A stretch of 32,000 bases of DNA. Source: an uncultured Acidobacteriota bacterium (GTDB taxonomy: Bacteria; Acidobacteriota; Terriglobia; Acidiferrales; UBA7541). A program made the position numbers and the translations under genes. Below the pieces are notes generated by a model. That model was given only the letters and a program-made list of their open reading frames with translations. It ran no database searches and had not been told where the DNA came from. The stretch covers positions 240,368-272,367 of the forward strand of contig CAVTRS010000010.1 in the NCBI GenBank assembly GCA_963737185.1, read 5' to 3'. How positions within the stretch are numbered: position 1 is the stretch's first letter; each line of letters begins with the position of its first letter. Positions 19,690-27,015 of this stretch are shown here, in pieces.

Positions 19690-20439
19690 ATGCGTCCCCA
19701 TAGCCGCTCCGGAATAATTGTCGTTTTGTTGGCGCCTCTGTTGCTATTCGTCAACTTGCCCGTCCCCGCGCAAACCACTGATTCCAAAGGGATTGGCGTA
19801 CTTCAAGTACAGGGTTCCGTATCCCTGGGTGGAACATCCGCGGCTACAGGCGCTACCATTTATGCAGGAGATTCGATCCGAACAGGTTTAAACGGGACCG
19901 CACTCGTAAATCTGACGGGACGCGGGTCAATTGTTATGGCCCCCAATTCTGATCTCACTTTCCCCCCTGTTAGCTTGGGTTCACATTCCGTGGCCCTGCA
20001 CCATGGAAAGTTCGCTTTGCACATTCTTCCCGAGGGATCCGGGACCACAGCCGAGCTCGGCAAGCTCGTATTGAGGCCATTAATCGGACAGGGAGTGGAT
20101 TATGAAGTCGAAATCGAAGCCGATGGCTCAGCGGTGGTTCACTGCATTAGCGGAACGGTCGGGATTATCGAGGTGGAGGGCGCCAATTCCACTTTCTTGA
20201 ACTCCGGGGATTCAGCGGAAATTTCCGCGAGCGGCGTGACAGAACGCATTCCCGCGTCGGCAACCCCGTTGCCTAACTCTTCTGCTCCGAACACTCCGCA
20301 ATCTACGCCAAGATCGCCGAGCGGTAAATCGAATGCCGGCTGGATTATCCTCGCAGCAAGCGGCGGCGGCATAGCTGCGCTGGTCGCCGTCATAGCCATC
20401 GAGCACAAGACCACGCCCGTAAGCCCGTCCGCTCCGTAA
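19690..20439 (+). CDS. Hypothetical protein with FecR-like beta-sandwich region and C-terminal TM anchor
   Basis: 'GATIYAGDSIRTGLNGTALVNLTGRGSIVMAPNSDLTF' resembles a FecR domain. There is an N-terminal signal segment and a C-terminal 'WIILAASGGGIAALVAVIAI' helix. The start is placed at Met10. Confidence 0.5.
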   Translation: MRPHSRSGIIVVLLAPLLLFVNLPVPAQTTDSKGIGVLQVQGSVSLGGTSAATGATIYAGDSIRTGLNGTALVNLTGRGSIVMAPNSDLTFPPVSLGSHSVALHHGKFALHILPEGSGTTAELGKLVLRPLIGQGVDYEVEIEADGSAVVHCISGTVGIIEVEGANSTFLNSGDSAEISASGVTERIPASATPLPNSSAPNTPQSTPRSPSGKSNAGWIILAASGGGIAALVAVIAIEHKTTPVSPSAP

Positions 20440-20595
20440 GAATTCTCAATTGGTTGCGTGGTCCGCGGCGGCGATTATGCGGGAATGATAGTCAATTCGC
20501 GGCCCGCGGACCACAATACCCGGCGCATGGATGCGGCTCATTAATGAAACACGAAGCCGGCAATTGAAACTCAATGATAGAATTGGCTGCAAGAC

Positions 20596-20672
20596 GCGCC
20601 CGTAGCTCAGTCGGAAAGAGCGTCTGCCTTCTAAGCAGAGGGTCGGGGGTTCGAATCCCTCCGGGCGCGCCA
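20596..20672 (+). tRNA. tRNA-Arg (anticodon TCT), CCA encoded
   Basis: Manual cloverleaf: acceptor GCGCCCG/CGGGCGC, D stem GCTC/GAGC, anticodon stem TCTGC/GCAGA with loop CTTCTAA (anticodon TCT), variable loop GGGTC, T arm GGGGG-TTCGAAT-CCCTC, discriminator G, then CCA. Confidence 0.93.
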
Positions 20673-20995
20673 TTTTCTCTTTATAATTATAGCTTCTAAG
20701 ACACAGATAACTGGCAGCAGGCGTTTAGTTTACCTTAGGTATACCACCGGTGACGGGCTGAAATCCCTCCATTCTGACCAAATCATGCAGTTCGATCTTC
20801 TTTTTCGGTTGAAGAACTAAAAAAAAGAGGCGCCGTACCTCGCGGTATCCGACATGCCACAAATTTCTCCGCAGAAAAAAGCGTTCAGTTCCATACTGCG
20901 CGCACTTTTCCGATCGGTTTTCACAAATCGAAATTAAACCGGAGCCATTCGAGTGTAACGGGATCGCTTGTTCAAAACAAATTCATAATTCTAGG

Positions 20996-22885
20996 CTAGG
21001 TCAGAGTTACCTTATTGTCCTTCTTCTTGCTCGGAGCCAGGTGATAGCGTGGCTGTTTGTGTTCCTTTTTGATCGAGTTCAGGAATCGAGACGGTGCGAG
21101 TGCAAAAGAAGTCTTCAAATATGTAACAGCAGCATCACGCGTCCTCGCGTGGAACAAATGGAGGTCCTTTTTTGCGCGTGTCATCGAGACATAGACCAGT
21201 CGGGCGGTTTCTTCAATATCCGCAGGCGTTGCTCCCTCTCTGGGCAGAATCCCTTCATCAAAACCCACTGCACAAACAACATCTGCCTCTAGGCCCTTAG
21301 CTGCCTGAAACGTCAGTATTCTTACCTGCCCTTCGGCGTTTTGACCATGGGATCGCAATTCATCGACCCAACTTCGAACTTCCTTCATGAGATCACCGCG
21401 ATTTGACCACAGCCCCAAGTCCCGAGCGACTCGCAAGAGAAACTCGGATACGTTTTTTTTGTCGACTTCCCGAAGAGAACTCAGTTTTTCAGAAAAGTCA
21501 GTGTATAACTGCTCCTTCTCTTTCTCGAAATCGAGGGAGTTCCAAAATGTAAGTCCCTTTTCAATTACTCCGCGCCAAAGGAGAGCGATCAGTGTCAGTG
21601 CCTTTTTGCGCTTTTCCCTCGTCTCCTCTTTCCGGCTGCGCCTGGAAGGAACTGAGACCTCACCGCTTTCACAAATGTATTCGATACATAATCGGAGAGA
21701 AAAATTATCGTTTATGTCCTCCATCCAATCGTCGACCACTTTGAGCAAGGCAATGCCGGTATCGTCAACAGGAGGAGTATGCCTGTAATGAACGTGCCTT
21801 CCTCGTAGCGCCCGCTTAATCTTATCTGCGTATTGTTTGGCAGGTATGAGAATTAGGACGCTATGCTTTGGAACCGATTTCTTAACAATTTCGGATATTA
21901 CGTAAGCCTCTTGGTCATCTGTCGCAACATCGTGAACAATAACTGGTTCCCCGTTCTGCTTGTCCGGGCCAAACGTGGCTTGTGGCTTTTCTTTTCGTGA
22001 AGGGTCAAAACTTTCTACTACGTTCAACGCCGAGTGAAGTATCTTATCCGGGCAGCGTCGGGAGCGGTCCAGACAGAAGAGCTTCGCATCTCTCCCATAT
22101 TCAAGATGGAACTCCCGGATATACTTGGGCGTGCCACCACGAAAACTGTAAATGCTTTGGTCGTCATCGCCTACCACAAACAATCCAGATGTGTGACCTC
22201 GTGACAGCAGAGATATGAAAAGTCGTTGGCCAAGATTAATGTCCTGGTATTCATCAATCAGTAGATGACTCGCCGCATTGCCATATTCATTGCTTGCGAC
22301 GGCATTTTCCGAAAGAATCTTTGATGCCAATAGAATCTGGTCATCATAGTCAATAGCACCGTTCGCGCGCAATATGGATTCGTATTGGACAGTAATCCTC
22401 TCTTCAATACTTTGGGCATTTGGCCGAATTGTTTTCTGACGAAGATCGTTTGCGCGCTTGCCATCGTCTTCCGCACACCCACACAGATACGCTGCATCGC
22501 GGAACAGAACTTCACGCAACCCCCCATCTGTCAACATTGTAAAATCATCGGGCAGACCGAGATCACTTGCGTGCGTACGTACGATCTCTAATCCTAGGCT
22601 GTGCATCGTTGTGATTCTCGTAGGGCGCTTTTCCAGGACAACATAAACCTCATTGTTTTCCTCGTTAGAGATACGTCGACGCATATTTTCTGCGGATTCT
22701 TTTGTGAAAGTAATCACGGTGATCGATTGGGGAGAAACCAACATGGTTTCAACGAGGTATTTAATTCTTAAAGCCAACTGATGCGTCTTTCCAGTTCCCG
22801 GACCAGCCAGCAATAGGAGAGGTCCTTTCTCTTTCCATGGCTCTGCAACGACTTGGGGTTTAGGATCTGAGGTGATCATATGCAA
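20996..22885 (-). CDS. UvrD/PcrA/Rep-like superfamily 1 DNA helicase
   Basis: Walker A 'LLLAGPGTGKTHQ', motif II 'LLIDEYQDIN', motif III 'VVGDDDQSIYSFRGG', 'CLDRSRRC', motif V 'ILTFQAAKGLEADVV' and motif VI 'LVYVSMTRAKKDLHLF'. The ORF starts with TTG at 22885. The first ATG is at 22879. Confidence 0.9.
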   Translation of the reverse strand: MHMITSDPKPQVVAEPWKEKGPLLLLAGPGTGKTHQLALRIKYLVETMLVSPQSITVITFTKESAENMRRRISNEENNEVYVVLEKRPTRITTMHSLGLEIVRTHASDLGLPDDFTMLTDGGLREVLFRDAAYLCGCAEDDGKRANDLRQKTIRPNAQSIEERITVQYESILRANGAIDYDDQILLASKILSENAVASNEYGNAASHLLIDEYQDINLGQRLFISLLSRGHTSGLFVVGDDDQSIYSFRGGTPKYIREFHLEYGRDAKLFCLDRSRRCPDKILHSALNVVESFDPSRKEKPQATFGPDKQNGEPVIVHDVATDDQEAYVISEIVKKSVPKHSVLILIPAKQYADKIKRALRGRHVHYRHTPPVDDTGIALLKVVDDWMEDINDNFSLRLCIEYICESGEVSVPSRRSRKEETREKRKKALTLIALLWRGVIEKGLTFWNSLDFEKEKEQLYTDFSEKLSSLREVDKKNVSEFLLRVARDLGLWSNRGDLMKEVRSWVDELRSHGQNAEGQVRILTFQAAKGLEADVVCAVGFDEGILPREGATPADIEETARLVYVSMTRAKKDLHLFHARTRDAAVTYLKTSFALAPSRFLNSIKKEHKQPRYHLAPSKKKDNKVTLT

Positions 22886-22897
22886 TCTAGTGCAGCT

Positions 22898-23452
22898 TCA
22901 ATTTGGATTCTTAAGTCGATACAAGCCTCGCGCAGTCAGTATGAAGTGTTCTGTATTCTTGCTTGGATTCCCCACACGATGCTTAGGAAGAAAGGTCCCG
23001 GCATAAGTTATACCGAGAGCAGAGTTCACGTCTTTGGCACGAAAAGGTTCTTTGAGCCGGGCAGTTGCCAGTGCCTCACGGATGCGACGCATCGTTCCAC
23101 GCTCACGGGCCAATTCGTCAACCTTGATGTCGCCTTTCACTTTCCCGCCAACCTCAACTCGCTTGCCTCGTCGCTCAAGGAACTTGATAGTCAACGCGAT
23201 TAGTACAGGTTGGATAAGATTCTTTCCCACATATTCCAGGACAAGAAAGGCATCGTGTAGATATTGGGCATAATTCGACGTATAGAGCTGAAGCGGCACT
23301 GGATTACTAAGCGCAAAACTCACGTGTTTAATCTGCGGATATCGTGTCTTGAGATATGCCTCAAGCGCCAGACTGTCCTCGTGCGTAGGAGGATTGCCTA
23401 ATTCCACTCGCAGAGGAATGGAAACACTATCATTTGATGAAGTTGGCGGCAC
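22898..23452 (-). CDS. Hypothetical protein (about 184 aa), first gene of an operon with the UvrD-like helicase
   Basis: The ORF ends 12 nt before the helicase start on the same strand. No motif was recognised. The C-terminal half is basic ('RGTMRRIREALATARLKEPFRAKDVNSALGI') and may bind DNA. The start is uncertain: GTG at 23452, no clear Shine-Dalgarno. Confidence 0.55.
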   Translation of the reverse strand: MPPTSSNDSVSIPLRVELGNPPTHEDSLALEAYLKTRYPQIKHVSFALSNPVPLQLYTSNYAQYLHDAFLVLEYVGKNLIQPVLIALTIKFLERRGKRVEVGGKVKGDIKVDELARERGTMRRIREALATARLKEPFRAKDVNSALGITYAGTFLPKHRVGNPSKNTEHFILTARGLYRLKNPN

Positions 23453-23557
23453 AGGCGGATTCTACATTGAAATAACATATCTACAGAAGTATTCTCTCGG
23501 GGCGAATGGTAGCATCAGCATCAGCATGGTTGGAGGGCCTGAGAAAGGAGAATTCGG

Positions 23558-23848
23558 ATGTCCGACAGAATGGGTCACGGTGAAGCACAAAATAACGCTG
23601 CGATAGCGATCGCCATTGAAACGGGCCTTCTCCAGACGTGCCCAATTCATGAAGACAGTATCTTTCCTGGGCCGAATGACATCCTTGAGGATGCCTACAA
23701 ACTGGCGAGCGCACGATTCAAAGCAGGCGACCCAGACCTCAAGCGTCTGTTTTCAAGTCAAAAGGAACTTACGGACTGCATAAAGGAAGTCGTTGAGATA
23801 CGCGATGGCGACGAGTGCGGCTCTTGCAACTCCGCTGGCAACGCCTGA
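23558..23848 (+). CDS. Hypothetical 96-aa protein upstream of AbiEii
   Basis: Strong Shine-Dalgarno AAAGGAG lies 7 nt before the ATG. It is divergent from the 184-aa gene and 81 nt upstream of AbiEii. The Cys/His residues ('TCPIHED', 'DECGSCNS') could form a small metal site. Confidence 0.6.
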   Translation: MSDRMGHGEAQNNAAIAIAIETGLLQTCPIHEDSIFPGPNDILEDAYKLASARFKAGDPDLKRLFSSQKELTDCIKEVVEIRDGDECGSCNSAGNA

Positions 23849-23929
23849 AATAGTTGTTCTTCCGTTCGGGCGGTTCGGGCACTCAGTGTTTTATGTGGAG
23901 GCAATCATCCGACTCGTTATGGTGCTCAT

Positions 23930-24781
23930 TTGGATGCTTTAGAGATCCGCAAGCTCGCAATCCTTGCCCTATTTTCTGACGACCTTCTCGCCTCTCTCCT
24001 GGTCTTGAAAGGCGGGAATGCGTTGAACCTTGTATATGGCGTCGGCGCGAGGAGCTCCCTGGATATAGATGTATCACTCGCTAGTGATTTCAAAAACGAG
24101 ACTCAGGCAAGAGACAAGATTTTCGAGGTGCTGACCAAGCAGTTTAAAGCTGCGGACCACACCGTAATTGACCTACGATTTGAACGAATACCACGGGAAC
24201 CTTCGGCAGGCGCCATGCCCAACTGGGGTGGATATGAGGTGAAATTCAAGGTGATTCCAACCAAGCTCTTCCGAACCTTGGGAGGTGATGCGGCAAAAGC
24301 TTCCCGACAAGCGGATGAGATTGGGCCAGGGCATCAAAGAACTTTCAACATTCAGATCAGTAAGGGGGAGCACTGCACCGCTATGCAAGAGGTAGAATTT
24401 GAGGATCACGCTATCCCGGTATACACCCCACCGATGCTCGCAATCGAAAAGTTGCGTGCGATCTGCCAACAAATGCCTGAGTACGAGTTCCGTAAGAACC
24501 CAACTCCGAGGGCACGCGACTTTTATGATATCCACACGATCGTGACGGAAATGGCCGTTGACCTTGCCACCGCGGAGAATTTAGATCTAATTAGCCTAGT
24601 CTTCGCTGCAAAGGCCGTTCCATTGCTTCTAATTTCTCGCATCGGCGAGTCCCGCGAATTTCATCGTCAGGAATGGCCGGATGTTCTGGACCATTTAACA
24701 GGGGTAATTGAGTCATTTGATTTCTACTTCGACTTTGTCATTGGCCAAACTAAAAGGTTAGAAGCCTTGTGGACAGTATAG
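23930..24781 (+). CDS. Nucleotidyltransferase AbiEii/AbiGii family toxin (type IV TA, DUF1814)
   Basis: N-terminal 'LVLKGGNALNLVYGVGARSSLDIDVSL' matches the 'LKGGTAL...R.S.DLD' NTase signature of AbiEii. At 283 aa the size fits the family. It has a TTG start. Confidence 0.75.
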   Translation: MDALEIRKLAILALFSDDLLASLLVLKGGNALNLVYGVGARSSLDIDVSLASDFKNETQARDKIFEVLTKQFKAADHTVIDLRFERIPREPSAGAMPNWGGYEVKFKVIPTKLFRTLGGDAAKASRQADEIGPGHQRTFNIQISKGEHCTAMQEVEFEDHAIPVYTPPMLAIEKLRAICQQMPEYEFRKNPTPRARDFYDIHTIVTEMAVDLATAENLDLISLVFAAKAVPLLLISRIGESREFHRQEWPDVLDHLTGVIESFDFYFDFVIGQTKRLEALWTV

Positions 24782-25630
24782 CCGCCAATCTGCGCTAAGC
24801 TGCGGATTCGACATTCCATTAGCCAAATAAAAGTCATAATGAAATCCAAGCTTGGCAAATTTGGAGTACTCAGATTCTTTATACCCTGCCTTTTGCATGT
24901 AACATCCGATCGCTTGGTGGTACGGATATGCATAGTCTAATTTCTTTAGAATCCCCATCAGGCCGGTGGCCGAAACTTTCTCTCTAGCAGCTTGATAAGC
25001 CGCCAACACTTGGTACACGCCCCCGGCGTACTCCGGACGAACAGTTATGTCGATGAGTGTCCTCTCGATGCCAGTCACATCGACCGTTGCGTCGGTCGGG
25101 TCTTTCATTTTCTCAACTCCAAGGTTCGCCGTGTTCTTGCCGCTGACGAGAACAAACCTCCAGCCATCAGATAAGAAAATATAATTGGACTTTCTCTGTC
25201 TTCCAGAAAATGCCCTGTTTATGCCCTCTTGCGTCATCGACTTTGGTCTGGGCTTAGGGCTTTGCTCGCGATTCACATAAATAGTCTTCGGGTTTTGGTC
25301 CGTAAGGCCATGAAGAAAAACAGCCGTCCCATGCGAGAGATACGATCCAGTCCTCATGGAAAGTGCAATTTGGAAGGGTGATACGTCTCGCCAAGCGTAG
25401 CGCACAAGGCTGCCATATCTTTCAGAGGCAAGCACCTTCTCCTGAAAGTACGTTTTTTCTATCAGGAATTCGAAAAAACCACGCGTTGTTTGGCCGCGCG
25501 AAAGATTCCAACGAAAACGATTTTCTGCAAAGATGGCTGCAATTTCTTTGTGTGAATAGACTTGTCGTCCTCGATCGTCAAAGAACTTAACTATGTCTTT
25601 CCTAGCGAGTTGGATTTTTGATGTGCCCAT
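24758..25630 (-). CDS. AbiEi-like antitoxin/transcriptional regulator (type IV TA AbiEi family)
   Basis: 'GSYLSHGTAVFLHGLTDQNP' and 'VTGIERTLIDITVRPEYAGGV' resemble conserved AbiEi motifs. The start is placed at the ATG at 25630 (MGTSKIQLARKDIVKFF). The ORF could extend to 25669. The 3' end overlaps AbiEii by 24 bp on the opposite strand. Confidence 0.65.
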   Translation of the reverse strand: MGTSKIQLARKDIVKFFDDRGRQVYSHKEIAAIFAENRFRWNLSRGQTTRGFFEFLIEKTYFQEKVLASERYGSLVRYAWRDVSPFQIALSMRTGSYLSHGTAVFLHGLTDQNPKTIYVNREQSPKPRPKSMTQEGINRAFSGRQRKSNYIFLSDGWRFVLVSGKNTANLGVEKMKDPTDATVDVTGIERTLIDITVRPEYAGGVYQVLAAYQAAREKVSATGLMGILKKLDYAYPYHQAIGCYMQKAGYKESEYSKFAKLGFHYDFYLANGMSNPQLSADWRLYCPQGF

Positions 25631-25658
25631 GTGATATGGTATATATACCATATCACAT
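25629..25658. promoter_or_regulatory. Perfect 30-bp palindrome P1 (ATGTGATATGGTATATATACCATATCACAT)
   Basis: Verified base by base as its own reverse complement. Core GGTATATATACC is at 25638-25649. It abuts or overlaps the ATG of the AbiEi-like gene. Confidence 0.9.
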
Positions 25659-25686
25659 TTAGGAGTCAACTAAAAGTTGTTTGTAG

Positions 25687-25718
25687 GAATGAATCAGGTA
25701 TATATACCTGATTCATTC
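25687..25718. promoter_or_regulatory. Perfect 32-bp palindrome P2 (GAATGAATCAGGTATATATACCTGATTCATTC)
   Basis: Verified as self-complementary. It has the same 12-bp core (25697-25708) but different arms. Confidence 0.9.
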
Positions 25719-25789
25719 GCACATGAGAAAGTCCTATATCTACGATGATTTCTGGCGATCCCGGTGAATTAAAGTTCTTCATCCTGTCC

Positions 25790-25821
25790 TGTTGCTGTAG
25801 GTATATATACCTACAGCAACA
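25790..25821. promoter_or_regulatory. Perfect 32-bp palindrome P3 (TGTTGCTGTAGGTATATATACCTACAGCAACA)
   Basis: Verified as self-complementary. It has the same 12-bp core (25800-25811) but different arms. Confidence 0.9.
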
Positions 25822-25970
25822 CGCATAGATACTCTCGTCGGGGATCAATGTGATATTTCGCACGAGACATGGCTTGCGCCGAAGATGTGCTACAACTCGC
25901 CGGGCTTCAGACGACTGATTTAAACATGGTGCTTCCCGGTTGTGATTAAAAATCCAAAGTAACGACCAAG

Positions 25971-25999
25971 AAAAAGGCCCGAACCTCGCGATTCGGGTC
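25971..25999 (-). terminator. Probable Rho-independent terminator downstream of the XRE gene
   Basis: On the minus strand, GACCCGAA-TCGCGAGG-TTCGGGCC is followed by TTTTTC. It lies about 75 nt after the XRE stop. Confidence 0.5.
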
Positions 26000-26074
26000 T
26001 TCACTCACCACCGTGTTGTGATTGGGTTACTGCGCTTTGAACACCGGGTGAGCTATACCGGGAATCGTGGAAAA

Positions 26075-26296
26075 CTAAGGATCCAAACCGCGTACCAAGA
26101 CCGCCATTGAAACGTGAAACACCTTGCAGATCCTAAGAAGAGTGGTAACAGTAATGGGTCGGCCCGTCTCGATCTGCTGCCAGTGTCTTGCTGAGAATCC
26201 AAAGGAAATCATGTCTTCCTGACTATATCCGCGCTTCTTTCGAAGTGCGCGCACGCGCCCTCCCAGCGCCCGAAAGAATTGCTGTTGTTTCGTCAC
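26075..26296 (-). CDS. XRE family helix-turn-helix transcriptional regulator
   Basis: 73 aa. 'LGGRVRALRKKRGYSQEDMISFGFSARHWQQIETGRPITVTTLLRICKVF' is a classic Cro/CI-type HTH. GTG start. Confidence 0.8.
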   Translation of the reverse strand: MTKQQQFFRALGGRVRALRKKRGYSQEDMISFGFSARHWQQIETGRPITVTTLLRICKVFHVSMAVLVRGLDP

Positions 26297-26405
26297 ACAT
26301 AAGTTTGTAGAGTCTCACGAGCAGAAAGACCACGAGGCAGATTAGCTGTTCTGCTTTGGAAGGTCTAGCCGTGAGCGAACCGGCCAACTGCGGAATCGGA
26401 GACAC

Positions 26406-26786
26406 ATGAACCCGATAAAGATAGCTGCAACGATCGCGTTGACGGTCGCGCTGGGGGCGACCGCATATTTGGTGTATGTAATGACGGTGGTCAAATCGGC
26501 GCAAGACAAGGCCGCGGACAGCTGCGCGAGTTGCCAAATGGCGAGGGACAACGCAGCGATGAAGTGGAAGGTGGATGAAGAGAAGATAAGGGCGGCGGAG
26601 CTTGCCGGCGGAGAGCTCGCGCGGTTGGCCGCGGAGCGTGCCTACGCTGGCGACCGCCCGGTGATACTCGGCCCATGCTCCGGCTGCGACTTTCCGCCTC
26701 CAGACTACGAAACGCCAGGCGCGGTTGCAGTACTTGGACTTGTTACATCATTGGTCTTGTTCGGAGTGGCAAAGCGAGTCCACTGA
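26406..26786 (+). CDS. Hypothetical small membrane protein (N- and C-terminal TM helices)
   Basis: GGAG Shine-Dalgarno before the ATG. 'IAATIALTVALGATAYLVYVMTVV' and 'AVAVLGLVTSLVLFGVA' are the TM helices. It is divergent from the XRE gene. Confidence 0.5.
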   Translation: MNPIKIAATIALTVALGATAYLVYVMTVVKSAQDKAADSCASCQMARDNAAMKWKVDEEKIRAAELAGGELARLAAERAYAGDRPVILGPCSGCDFPPPDYETPGAVAVLGLVTSLVLFGVAKRVH

Positions 26787-27015
26787 CCGTTAACGGTCGG
26801 CTCATCATATCGATCCTCATGCAATTTCAGACCCCCCTTCTCTACGTCGAACACTTTTTTGCATTCGGCTCTAAATTCACTGACATTCGCCATTTTGCGG
26901 AAGAGGTTCCCTGAGGATCATCACGGCGGCCGGAGCGCGTGGCAGGAGGAAATAGCTGTTCGCGCGCTCCGAATCCCGCCGCCCGCGTGACCATACGGCG
27001 CCACGCGGAAGCTCG

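Noticed and set aside
20458-20514. Perfect 11-bp inverted repeat GTGGTCCGCGG / CCGCGGACCAC with a 35-nt spacer, between the FecR-like gene and the tRNA
   Set aside because: It could be a terminator or a tRNA-promoter-region structure. However, the loop is long and no T-tract follows, so there is not enough evidence to assign a function.
20752-20771. Sequence GGGCTGAAATCCCTCC, about 90 bp after the tRNA, resembling the tRNA T-arm/3' end (GGGTTCGAATCCCTCC): a possible remnant att site
   Set aside because: Only about 13 of 17 positions match, and the similarity does not extend into the acceptor stem. It is too weak to call by eye. It would need an alignment against the island's far end, which is outside the window.
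20996-23452. Calling the helicase locus Gabija
   Set aside because: Gabija requires GajA, an OLD-family ATPase plus TOPRIM protein of about 580 aa. The only partner here is an unrelated 184-aa protein, so the label is not supported.
23511-23528. Micro-repeat AGCATC-AGCATC-AGCATG in the divergent promoter region between the 184-aa and 96-aa genes
   Set aside because: Only about 3 units are present and there is no symmetry. It may be chance or a minor slippage tract, and is not enough to propose phase variation.
25666-26004. 112-aa minus-strand ORF spanning the three palindromes
   Set aside because: It runs through perfect palindromes and a terminator hairpin. The sequence is Cys/Arg-rich and non-protein-like, with no Shine-Dalgarno. 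It is more plausibly a non-coding regulatory region.
26705-26893. 62-aa minus-strand ORF (MANVSEFRAECKKVFDVEKGGLKLHEDRYDEPTVNGQW...)
   Set aside because: The N-terminal half looks protein-like. However, there is no convincing Shine-Dalgarno and it overlaps the 3' end of the opposite-strand membrane-protein gene by about 80 nt. It is left uncalled and could be real.
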